Shown here: positions 55,598 to 64,000 of the stretch, piece by piece
How positions within the stretch are numbered: position 1 is the first letter of the stretch
Layout of the letters: every line of letters begins with the position of its first letter
NCBI GenBank assembly: GCA_918797485.1
Contig: CAKKNE010000002.1
Span: forward strand, 3,348,001-3,412,000
Length of the DNA: 64,000 nucleotides
Reading direction: 5' to 3'
Source: Pelagomonas calceolata
Taxonomy: Eukaryota
Notes under the pieces: model-generated
Seen by the model: only the letters and a program-made list of their open reading frames with translations
Database searches by the model: none
Told to the model about the DNA's origin: nothing
Position numbers and translations under genes: made by a program

Positions 55598-58339
55598 TTA
55601 GATGCCGAGCATGAGCTCGGGCGGCGGCGGCGGGAAGCCCGGGTCGCCGACGAGGTCGTCCTCGAACCGGTCGTCGCCCGGCGCGTCGGCGCGGCACGAG
55701 TCGTAGGCCGCGCGCGCCGCGCGCGTGACCTCCGACAGCGAGCCGCGGTAGCCCCGCAGGGCGTCGTCGCGCGCCGCGAGCTCGGCGGCCAGGTCCCGCG
55801 CGCGGCGCGCGGCGTCGTCGCGCGCGGCCTCGGCGCGGCCCAGCGCGGCCGCGGCCTCGCGGGCCTGCGCCTCGAGCGCGCGGCGCAGCGCGGTCTCGTG
55901 CGCGGCGTCGGACGCGGCCAGGCCCCGCCGCAGCTGCGCCTCGACCTCGGGCCGGAGCGCCGCGCGCGCGGCCGCGGCGGCGCGGCGGGCCGCCGCCTCG
56001 CCGCGGGCGCGCTCGTCGTCGAGCCGCTGCCGGAGGCGCTCGACCTCGCCGCGCGCCGTCGTCACGGCGACGGCGTCGCCGCACCGCTTCTGGAAAAACG
56101 CGGCGGCGCCGGCGGCGCAGCGCGCCCGCGCCCGCGCGTTCGCCGCCGCCGCGAAGGCGTCGTCGACGCGGCGCGAGCGCCGCGCCGCCGCGCGCACGGC
56201 CGCGACCTCGGCCTTGCGCGCGTCGTCGCGCTTCCGGGCCACGCGCACCGCGCCCCGGAGCCGCTCGAGCTCCGCGGTCCCCGTCGCGGCCGTCTCGCGC
56301 CGCGCGGCCTCCGCCGCGTCGCGCGCGGCCGCCGCCGCGCCGTCGCGCGCGGCGGCGAGGTCGGCGCCGAGCCGCGCCGTCGCCGCCGCCGCTTCCTGGC
56401 GCGCCGCCACGACGTCGCCGCGGAGCCGCTCCAGCGCCGCGGTCGCGTCCCCGGTCGCCGCTTGCGACCGGGAGAGGGCGTGCTCGAGCTCGGCCTTGGC
56501 CGCCCGGAGGTCGAAGACCTGCTGTTCCGCCGCCGCGGCGCTCTCCCGGGCGCCCCGCGCGGCGCGGCGCGCCTCGTCCGCGTCCGAGCGGCCGCGCGCC
56601 GCCTCGGCGTCGCCCGCGCGCAGGCGGCGCGCGAGGTCGTCGCGCGCGGCCGTGACGGCGGTCAGGTCCTCCTCGGCGCGCCGCAGGGCCGCGCGCGACG
56701 CCTCGACGACCGCCGCGGCGGCCCGCCGGTCCTTGGCCTGGCGCGCGGCGTGCGCGTCCTCGGCCGCCGCCGCGCGGGCCCCGGCCGCCGCGCCCCGCGC
56801 CTCCGCGGCCGCTCGCATCGCGTCCGCCGCCGCCGCGCGGCCGTCCGCCTCGACGGCGCGCGCCTCCGCCGCCGCGGCGCGCGCCTCCGCCGCCGCGGCG
56901 GCCCGCTTCCCCGCCAGGAACTCGCCGTCCTCGCGGCGCGCGACCTCGCGCTGCCGCTCCATCGTGGCCTCGGCGGCGCGCTCGGCGGCGCGCGCGGCGT
57001 CGAGCGCCCGCTCCAAATCCTCGAGCCGCCCCCGGAGCGCTCCCCGGTCGCGGTCCGCCTCCGCGAGCCGCTCCCGCAGACTCACAGAGTCGCGCGCGGC
57101 GGCGTCCCGCTCGTTCTCGAGCAGCGCGTAGTCGGCCGCCGACTGGTCGAGCGCCTGCTGCGCCTCGGCCAGCTGCGCCTCGTGGAGCGCGTCGTGGTCC
57201 GCCCACCGCTGCGCGAGCTGCCGGTCCTTGTCGTCGTGCGCCGCGTCCCGCGCGCGCAGCTGGCGCTGGATCTGCTCCATGCGCCGCTGGACCGAGCGCT
57301 CGGCGTCGCGGTCGCGCGCCTTGACGAGCTCGGCGACGGCCTCCGTCCAGGTCCGCCGGTGCGCGCGCGCGCGGCGCTCGGCCTCGTCCAGGATCTCGCG
57401 CACCGCCAGGCCGTGCGCGCGGTCCCGCGCCGCGAGGAACGCCTCGAGCGCGGCGCCGTCGAGGCGGTACGCGGCCGAGAACGCCGCGCCGGCGGCCGCC
57501 ACGGCGTTGCGCCCCCGGACGGCGAGCCGGGCCGTCGCCTCGTCAGTCAAGCGCGGGGCCCGCCGCCGCCGCGCCTTGCGCGGCGACGCGCGCCAGGCGA
57601 GGCGCGGCTGGTCCTCCGTGAACGACGTCCGCGTCCGGATCACCTCGTCGGCCACGCCCTTCAGGGCCCGCTCGACGCACCGGAGGGCGGCGACCTCGGC
57701 CCGCGCCGCCGCCCGTCGGGACCTCCGGTCGCGGCGCTGCGCCTCGAGCCCCGCGTCGGCCGCCGCGCGGCGGAGGCGCTCGTTGTCGAGGTCCGCGCGC
57801 GCCGCGTGCGCCGCCGCGTCGCTCTTCAGGTCTTCGACGCGGCGCTGCAGGTCGTCCGCGCGCCGTCGGTGCTCGTCGCGCTCCCGCTCGAGGGCCTCCT
57901 CGCGCACGCGCCGCCCGTCCTCGTCGATGCTAAACTGGCGGTCGCGCGCGTCCGCGACGGCGCGCCGCACGGCCTCGAGCGTGCCGCGCGCGACGGGCGT
58001 GTCCGGCTCCATCGCCGCGAGCGCGCCGCCGCCGTCCCGGAAGTCGATCGGGCCGGGGGCCGCGGGCGTCGCCGTCGCCGCGTCGTGCGTGAACGCGGGC
58101 GTCGCCGTCGCCGCGTCGCGCCGCCCGCCAGGCGTCGAGGGCGTCGCCGGCGCCGCGTCGCGCCGCCCGCCCGTCGCGGTGGAGGGCGTCGCCGGTGCGG
58201 CGGCGTCGAACGGCCGCGCCGCGCGCGCCGACGTCGGCGTGGTCACCGCCTCGGTCGTCTCCCCCAGCCCGCCGGGCAGGAACTTGCGCAGGACGGCCGA
58301 GAAGGCGTCCACCTCGTCGCCGTCGCTGTCGCTGCTCAT
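55598..58339 (-). CDS. Long coiled-coil hypothetical protein
   Basis: A/R/E heptad-rich ORF from ATG 58339 (MSSDSDGDE); short internal DAAPATPST repeats. Confidence 0.7.
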   Translation of the reverse strand: MSSDSDGDEVDAFSAVLRKFLPGGLGETTEAVTTPTSARAARPFDAAAPATPSTATGGRRDAAPATPSTPGGRRDAATATPAFTHDAATATPAAPGPIDFRDGGGALAAMEPDTPVARGTLEAVRRAVADARDRQFSIDEDGRRVREEALERERDEHRRRADDLQRRVEDLKSDAAAHAARADLDNERLRRAAADAGLEAQRRDRRSRRAAARAEVAALRCVERALKGVADEVIRTRTSFTEDQPRLAWRASPRKARRRRAPRLTDEATARLAVRGRNAVAAAGAAFSAAYRLDGAALEAFLAARDRAHGLAVREILDEAERRARAHRRTWTEAVAELVKARDRDAERSVQRRMEQIQRQLRARDAAHDDKDRQLAQRWADHDALHEAQLAEAQQALDQSAADYALLENERDAAARDSVSLRERLAEADRDRGALRGRLEDLERALDAARAAERAAEATMERQREVARREDGEFLAGKRAAAAAEARAAAAEARAVEADGRAAAADAMRAAAEARGAAAGARAAAAEDAHAARQAKDRRAAAAVVEASRAALRRAEEDLTAVTAARDDLARRLRAGDAEAARGRSDADEARRAARGARESAAAAEQQVFDLRAAKAELEHALSRSQAATGDATAALERLRGDVVAARQEAAAATARLGADLAAARDGAAAAARDAAEAARRETAATGTAELERLRGAVRVARKRDDARKAEVAAVRAAARRSRRVDDAFAAAANARARARCAAGAAAFFQKRCGDAVAVTTARGEVERLRQRLDDERARGEAAARRAAAAARAALRPEVEAQLRRGLAASDAAHETALRRALEAQAREAAAALGRAEAARDDAARRARDLAAELAARDDALRGYRGSLSEVTRAARAAYDSCRADAPGDDRFEDDLVGDPGFPPPPPELMLGI

Positions 58340-58994
58340 GGCTTGGTGTGAGTGGTGCCTTGACTGGTGCCTGAGCCGTGCGGTCGTGCGCAGCGGCGGC
58401 GCAGTGCGACGCGGACACTTCGATAGCTGCGGTACGCGGCCGCGGCGCGTCGTAGCGGTCGGCTGCCTTTTGCGGGCTGCCTCTCGACAATACGCTGCAT
58501 GCATGGGAACAGGCGAGGCGGCGGCGTCAAGCGTCCGGTCGCTGTGACGCGACGTAGGGGTGCTCTTGCATCGGATGCTTCCCGGGACGTGTCATGAGTC
58601 ATGAGTCTAGTGTCTATCACCTTAAGGCTTTATATTGGCCTCACACGCGAGTCTTTGCTCTACCGTGCGTACATCCGTCGCGCCGGCCGCCAGTGCATCG
58701 CCCTAACCAAACGAAAAGCGTGTCGTGCGTCGTTGCTGTGGGCGAAACGCCGACGAGGTGGCGCTGTTTGGAGCAACCTGACGAGCACTAAGGCTGTAGA
58801 GTCTAAGACAAAGCTAAAGCTAAATCACTAGCGATCGAGCCCCGGGCCTCCTGAGCTCGCGGGTTTCTACGTCGACAGCCATTACGGCGCCCACTGCCTG
58901 AAAATTCGCCCATTCCTGCAAAAGCAAGGAATTGAGAACTTCGCTAAAGTGTGCACAGCACCCGTCCTCAAGCGCGCGCGAGCGCTGCACAATC

Positions 58995-60311
58995 ATGTCC
59001 TACGATGCCATCCAAGGCAGCCTCGACGTGTCCCTGCCGCGCCACCAAAAGCCGAGCTTCCTCGCGGTCGGCTACATGGTCTTACTGGGAGACACGGTCC
59101 GCGGCATCTTCTTCCCGACGCTCTGGCCCCTGGTCTCGAGCTTCGGCGGCACGCGCGCGGCGCAGGGCGTGGTGGTGGCCGCCTTCTCCATGGGCCGCGT
59201 GCTCGTGAGCCCGTCCTACGGCGCCTACTCGACGAAGCACGGCTACCGCAAAATACTCGTTTTTGCGCACTGCCTCATCGTGCTCGGCGCGCTGCTGTAC
59301 ACGCGCGTCTGGAACGTGCCCTCGCTCGTGTGCGCGCAGCTGATCCTGGGCTTCGGCTGCGGCACGCTGGGCGTGACGCGCGCGTACTTCGCCGAGAGCG
59401 TGCCGCGGGACCAGCGCACGGTCTGGCTCGGGCGCGTGACGGCGGCGCAGTACTGCGGCCTCACGTGCACGTCGTTCCTCGGCAGCCTGCTGGCACGGAC
59501 GGGCGAGCGGCTCGAAAAAGACGCGTCCCTCGCGTGGCTCAACATCTCTCCTTTGACGTGCTCCGCCTACGCGGTGCTGCTCATGGCCCTCGTCGCCCTG
59601 CTCTTGCTCCAGGCCCCGAGCTTTTACGACTTCGTGCCGGCGGACCGCCAGGCGGGTGCGACCGTGGCGCGCGAGGACGGCGTCCAGACGGACGACGATC
59701 GAGCGCACTTTAGGCTGGTCGTCGTCGGCCTCGTGCTGAATATCATTACGAAGGGCAGCATCGGCTGCTACGAGACGCTCGGCGTGAGCTACGCGCAGGC
59801 CAACCTGAAGATGGACGGCCCGACGGTGGGTTATTATGTTGCGGCGTGCGGCGTGCTGGGCGTCGCGTTCTTGCTGTCGTTCAAGCAATTGGGGAGGCTC
59901 TTTGATGATGTGGAACTCATTCTGTACGGCATCGGGGTCATGGTCCTGAGCTGTTTATTGATGGTGCGGAAGTTTAGTGAAGATATCATCGGCGACGACG
60001 ACCATGATGTGGACGCGTTCGCGGCCTGGCTGACGGCCATCGTGGGCATGTACGGCATTGGGTATCCCATCGGACACACGGCGGTCATCGGCTGGTTCTC
60101 AAAGGCCATGAAGCACCGGCCGCAGGGCATGCTCATGGGCCTCTTCGCGTCGGCGGGGTCGGTCGCGCGCATCGTCTTCCCGATCTGCTCGGGCGTCGCG
60201 TCGGACCTCTGGGGGCCGGACGTGGTCTTCGCGTGCCTGGCGGCGCTGCTCGGCGCGACGCTCGTCATTTTGGTGGTGAAGCGCCGCGCGTTCCGGGAGG
60301 CGATAGCCTAA
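58995..60311 (+). CDS. MFS transporter (MFSD8-like)
   Basis: About 12 hydrophobic segments; FPTLWPLV, AAFSMGR, GTLGVTRAY, QGMLMGLFASAGSVARIVFPI. Confidence 0.85.
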   Translation: MSYDAIQGSLDVSLPRHQKPSFLAVGYMVLLGDTVRGIFFPTLWPLVSSFGGTRAAQGVVVAAFSMGRVLVSPSYGAYSTKHGYRKILVFAHCLIVLGALLYTRVWNVPSLVCAQLILGFGCGTLGVTRAYFAESVPRDQRTVWLGRVTAAQYCGLTCTSFLGSLLARTGERLEKDASLAWLNISPLTCSAYAVLLMALVALLLLQAPSFYDFVPADRQAGATVAREDGVQTDDDRAHFRLVVVGLVLNIITKGSIGCYETLGVSYAQANLKMDGPTVGYYVAACGVLGVAFLLSFKQLGRLFDDVELILYGIGVMVLSCLLMVRKFSEDIIGDDDHDVDAFAAWLTAIVGMYGIGYPIGHTAVIGWFSKAMKHRPQGMLMGLFASAGSVARIVFPICSGVASDLWGPDVVFACLAALLGATLVILVVKRRAFREAIA

Positions 60312-60328
60312 TCTTATTTTGGTAAGTA

Positions 60329-60889
60329 CTACTTGGCGAGGGCGAAGGTCATCTGGCCGACCTCGACGGCCAAATTGCCGTCGACGTAGGCCCGGCCCGT
60401 CGCCTTGGCGATGCCGAACTTGGCCTTCCAGTTCGTGATCTCGACCTCCATAACTAACGTGTCGCCGGGCACGACGGGCCTCTTCCACTTGACGCCGTCG
60501 ACGCCCGCGAAGAAGAAGACGGCGCCCGGCTCGGCGCCCTCCATCTGCAAACACACGACGCCCGCGAGCTGCGCCAACGCCTCGATCTGCATGACGCCCG
60601 GCATGATCGGGCGGTCCGGGAAGTGGCCCGTGAACTGGGGCTCGTTGAAGGTCACGCACTTGACGCCCACGGCGCTCTTGCCCGCCTCGTATTCGATAAC
60701 CTTGTCCACGAGCGCGAAGGGGTAGCGGTGCGGCAGGATCTTCTGCACCTCCTCGAGCGAGAAGATCGTCTCCGTGCCCTCCGTCTTCGCCGAGATCTCC
60801 TGGGCCGTGGCCTGGAGCCGTGGTGGGGCGCTGCGGTGGGGCCCTACGAAGGCATGGGCCGCGCAGCAGAGCGCGAGGACGAGGCGCAT
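60329..60889 (-). CDS. fabZ: Plastid 3-hydroxyacyl-ACP dehydratase
   Basis: LPHRYPFALVDKV, NEPQFTGHFP..PIMPGVMQIEALAQ, PVVPGD; bipartite leader with AHA-F cleavage motif. Confidence 0.95.
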   Translation of the reverse strand: MRLVLALCCAAHAFVGPHRSAPPRLQATAQEISAKTEGTETIFSLEEVQKILPHRYPFALVDKVIEYEAGKSAVGVKCVTFNEPQFTGHFPDRPIMPGVMQIEALAQLAGVVCLQMEGAEPGAVFFFAGVDGVKWKRPVVPGDTLVMEVEITNWKAKFGIAKATGRAYVDGNLAVEVGQMTFALAK

Positions 60890-61190
60890 GATCCGCTGCA
60901 GTTGCACGTTATGGTGCAATCAGTGATTGCACGAGGACTAAGCACACAGCCCTAGTTCAGCCAGTGATTGCACGCTCGGCTAAGCTCCTGAGAGACAGCC
61001 TTAGTGTACAGCCATCACACATCGCCGCAAGGTATCGGTATGGTACCTTATACCTCGGTGGTAGGGGGTCGGGAGCCTGCAAACATCAAGCGCCCTAGCG
61101 TGCTTTGACACACTAGTTTTTCAGGGCCGAGACAGCTCCCTACAATTCGCGACCAGAAAAACAACGCCGCGAGCAACCGGGACATATTAC

Positions 61191-61649
61191 TTAGGCGGCT
61201 ATCCTCTTGGGCGGCGCGCCCTTCGCCTGGCCCATGAGCCGCGACGTCTCGCCGAGGCGCTCGTGCGCGGCCTTGGCGACGTGCGTGTGCGCCGTGTCGT
61301 ACTCGACGCAGGCCTTGAAGCACCGCGCCGCCCGCGGCAGCAGGCCGTCCTCGAGGCACAGCAGGCCGCAGTCCAGCGCGACCGCGGCGCGGTCGACGCC
61401 GCCCTCCCGGATGCCGATGGCCTCGGTCCAGGCCCGCCGCGCGTCGGCGCGCCGCTGGGCGCGCGAGAGCTCGTCGATGTTTGCCAGTGTGAGGAAGATG
61501 CGCCCTTGGTTGCGCAGCACCACGAACCGCGTGCGGCTGTCGAGCTCCATGCACAGCGCCTCCTCGTAGAGCGGCAGGGCCTCCGTAAAGCGCCCCTTGG
61601 CGTACTCGCGGTTCGCTTCCAAGATGAGGCCGCCGGCGCGCACCGCCAT
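61191..61649 (-). CDS. TPR-like repeat protein
   Basis: ANREYAKGRFTEALPLYEEAL and similar helical repeats. Confidence 0.65.
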   Translation of the reverse strand: MAVRAGGLILEANREYAKGRFTEALPLYEEALCMELDSRTRFVVLRNQGRIFLTLANIDELSRAQRRADARRAWTEAIGIREGGVDRAAVALDCGLLCLEDGLLPRAARCFKACVEYDTAHTHVAKAAHERLGETSRLMGQAKGAPPKRIAA

Positions 61650-61878
61650 CAAGGGTGCTAGGGCTGCCTGAGCCAAAGCCTAGGGGCACTGGGGCTCCTG
61701 GAGACGCTCTGGGAGCTGCCCGGGCTGCCACTGGCGTGAGAGTGGCTTTGCTCGTAGCGCTCACACAAGCGCGAGAGCAGGCTAGTAGCTTGGAGCCGCG
61801 GGGCAAATCGGCGAGTAGGTATCTCCGAGACAGATTAAGTTTAGAGGTTCGGGACCGGGGGAGGGGAGGAATGCCTCT

Positions 61879-63147
61879 TCACGCGTCGAGCGCGACGAGG
61901 ATGACGGACACGGTAGCCCGCGCGCGGGCGCCGTGGTCTTCGAGCGTCGCGCGGTCGCGCTCCGTCAGGCAGATCGCGCGGCGCCGGTGGGCCATGTCCG
62001 TCGCGAAGAGCGCCGCGTCCGCGCGCGCGTCGAGCTCGAAGGCCTGGCGCGCCAGAATGACCTGCGCGGAGATCCGGTCGTTTCCCCGTGGCTGCGTCTG
62101 TTCGATGGCGTGGACCTGGACACAGAGACAGACGGCGAGGCGCGCCTCGGTGGACAGCGGCAGCACGATGTCGCGGCGGTCGTAGGCGCGCTCGAGGTCG
62201 ACGCGGACCGTCGCCGCGCCCGCCGCGGCGGCGACGGCGACGCGCTCCGCGTAGGCCTCGGGCGTCCAGCAGGCGCGGCCGTCGACGGCCCGGAGCACCC
62301 AGCAGCCGTCGGCGCGGAGCGGCGAGCGCGCGAGCGCCGGGATGACATTGCGGACGACGGCCTCGCCGCGCGCGATCTCGGCGTCGAACGCGCGGCTCGC
62401 GAGCCGAAGGCGCGCGGCGTCGCGCGGCGCGAGGTCGAAGCCGTGCGCGTCGCCGGCGGCCGCGGCCGCGGCCGCGAACGCGCCGATGAAGACGCCGTCC
62501 GTCACGACGACGCCGGCCCGCGCCGCGTCGGCCTCGGTCGCGAGCGCGTGGAGCTCGGTCCGCCGCGGCTCGACGAAACGCGAACCGACGGCCAGCGTCG
62601 CGGCGCGCCGCGCGACGGTCGCCGCGCCGCGGACGGCGGCGAGGTCGACCGGCGCCGCCTGCGGCGCGTCGGCGAGGCGCGTTCCGCGCCGCTTGAGCAC
62701 GACGAGCGTGCAGCGCTCCGTGTCCGCGTGGAGCAGCCGGAGCGCCGCGCCCGGGGCGACCGCGGCCCGCCGCCGCGGCTCCGCGAGGCGCCGCCAGGCC
62801 ACGTAGTCGCAGAGGCCGCGGCCGTTGAGCGCGCGGTCGGCGCGCGTCGCGGCCGGCGCCGTCGCCTCGAAGCGGCCGAGGTCGGCCGCGCTGAGCAGCG
62901 GGAGCACCTTGTGCGTGAAGAGCGACGTGGCGCCGGCGGCGTGGATGCGGCCCAGCGCGCCGGCGCGGAACGCCGGCGCCGCGCCGACGCGGCGCGGTCG
63001 TCGTTTGCGCTGCGGTGGTCCGCGCGGCGTCGGCAGGGCCGCGACCAGTGCGGAGAATGGCCGGGCCGCGTCCCAGGCGGCCTCGTCGCGATTGCTCGTG
63101 GCATTGCTTCCGCCGTCTTCTATGACATTTGCGCCGCGCGTCGACAT
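61879..63147 (-). CDS. Hypothetical protein (F-box-like segment) with a probable 54-bp intron at 62062-62115
   Basis: ATG 63147; LFTHKVLPLLSAADLGRFEAT is F-box-like; Ala/Arg-rich coding bias. Confidence 0.55.
   Translation of the reverse strand: MSTRGANVIEDGGSNATSNRDEAAWDAARPFSALVAALPTPRGPPQRKRRPRRVGAAPAFRAGALGRIHAAGATSLFTHKVLPLLSAADLGRFEATAPAATRADRALNGRGLCDYVAWRRLAEPRRRAAVAPGAALRLLHADTERCTLVVLKRRGTRLADAPQAAPVDLAAVRGAATVARRAATLAVGSRFVEPRRTELHALATEADAARAGVVVTDGVFIGAFAAAAAAAGDAHGFDLAPRDAARLRLASRAFDAEIARGEAVVRNVIPALARSPLRADGCWVLRAVDGRACWTPEAYAERVAVAAAAGAATVRVDLERAYDRRDIVLPLSTEARLAVCLCVQVHAIEQTQPRGNDRISAQVILARQAFELDARADAALFATDMAHRRRAICLTERDRATLEDHGARARATVSVILVALDA
62062..62115 (-). mobile_element. 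Probable eroded introner-derived mini-intron
   Basis: Minus strand CAG|GTCCACGCCATCGAAC...GGATCTCCGCGCAG|GTC. End resembles the introner TIR (10/13); 62086-62113 matches 10189-10216 at 24/28. Confidence 0.6.
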
Positions 63148-63590
63148 ACTGTTCGCTGGTGCAGCTATGAGCAACTGGTAGCGGATTAGTGCTCTTCCTT
63201 TTTTTTTACCCCTCACTTCCTTCTTCTTTACCTAGAGCTACCCTTCACCTCCTTCTTCGCATTAGACACTTGCTAGTGTCTTACAAGCGCTAGAGATAAG
63301 TTTTGTAGTTAGTTTCCGCCGCGAGGCTACGCGCGCGGGCACAAATCGACGCCACACGTTCGACAGCGCTCGCCGCCGCGTCTGCCCCGTTAACGGTACG
63401 AGTTTTGCGCCACTAGCATTTAAGCTGTTTTACGCCGCTCGTCAGAACGCTGTTCTTCGCCGCTCGTCCTCTACGCCCCCGTAAAAACGTTTCTCTCGCT
63501 CCCCGCGTTCCGATGAGCACCTTTTCAAAACCATCCGAGCCCACCTTGCCGCGAAACTGCCGCCGACACTAGGACCGTTTCGGACCCGCT

Positions 63591-63676
63591 CTAACCCGAC
63601 TCTCGCCCAACCCTAACCCTAACCCTAGTCTCATCCTAATCCTAACCCTTACTCGGACCGAATCCTAACCTCAACC
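63591..63676 (+). repeat. Degenerate telomere-like (CCCTAA)n tract
   Basis: CCCAACCCTAACCCTAACCCTAG...CCTAATCCTAACCCTT...CCTAACC. Confidence 0.6.
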
Positions 63677-64000
63677 TCGCGACAGATAAAAAAAAGTCGA
63701 GGCAGTCATTCCGATTCTGACTGCTCGACCACGTACCAAGGAGCGTGGAGCGCGTGGTTAAAGGAGGTTGCTTCATCAAACATTTCTCGCATATGCGTCA
63801 CATTGAGGCGGCCGTACCGCGACGCGCACGCGACGGGAGCAACCATGGAACCGTGGTACATGAGCCTGGGGCATGGGCTTGGCCACTTCGTGCCCTATTC
63901 CAAAACGCGTCTGCCGCGTACGCTCCGCGCCAGCCCCCACAGCACCTTCCCCCCTAGTAGCCAACTTCAAGTTGAACCTACATCCAACCTACGTAGCCTG

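Noticed and set aside
55898..58351. 817-aa plus-strand ORF and other long overlapping ORFs
   Set aside because: Antisense shadows of the coiled-coil gene; stop codons are rare at this GC content.

Overview
Eukaryotic, very GC-rich, gene-dense and nearly intron-free nuclear DNA. The gene content (BUB3, APC10, ARF, UBC4/5, plastid-targeted FabZ, CFAP20) and the style of the intron elements point to a stramenopile alga, most likely a pelagophyte (Aureococcus/Pelagomonas-like); this assignment is inference. About 40 protein-coding genes are supported, and most other ORFs in the track are GC-rich shadow frames. Main observations: (1) The three clear introns are ~200-bp introner elements, i.e. non-autonomous DNA transposons with 14-bp TIRs (CTGTGTGGAAATCA...TGATTTCCACACAG) and 8-bp target-site duplications. 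The TSD supplies the GT/GC donor and the TIR supplies the AG acceptor, in either orientation, and splicing restores the reading frames exactly. A probable 54-bp eroded relic of the same family is also present. (2) A ~24-bp motif TGCTAGTGTCTTACAGGCCGCTAG recurs in at least 12 intergenic spacers, mostly ~80-200 bp from a start codon. (3) A ~1.17-kb TIR element is inserted precisely into one copy of that motif. (4) There is a dispersed G-rich ~65-90-bp repeat family and a ~445-bp foldback element. (5) Several domain fusions look unusual: EF-hand + CbbX-like AAA+ + tandem WWE; SANT + ABCF; Myb-like + ACT-ACT; SEN34 + SAP. No rRNA, tRNA or CRISPR array was recognised. All protein calls come from motif recognition by eye, not from database searches.
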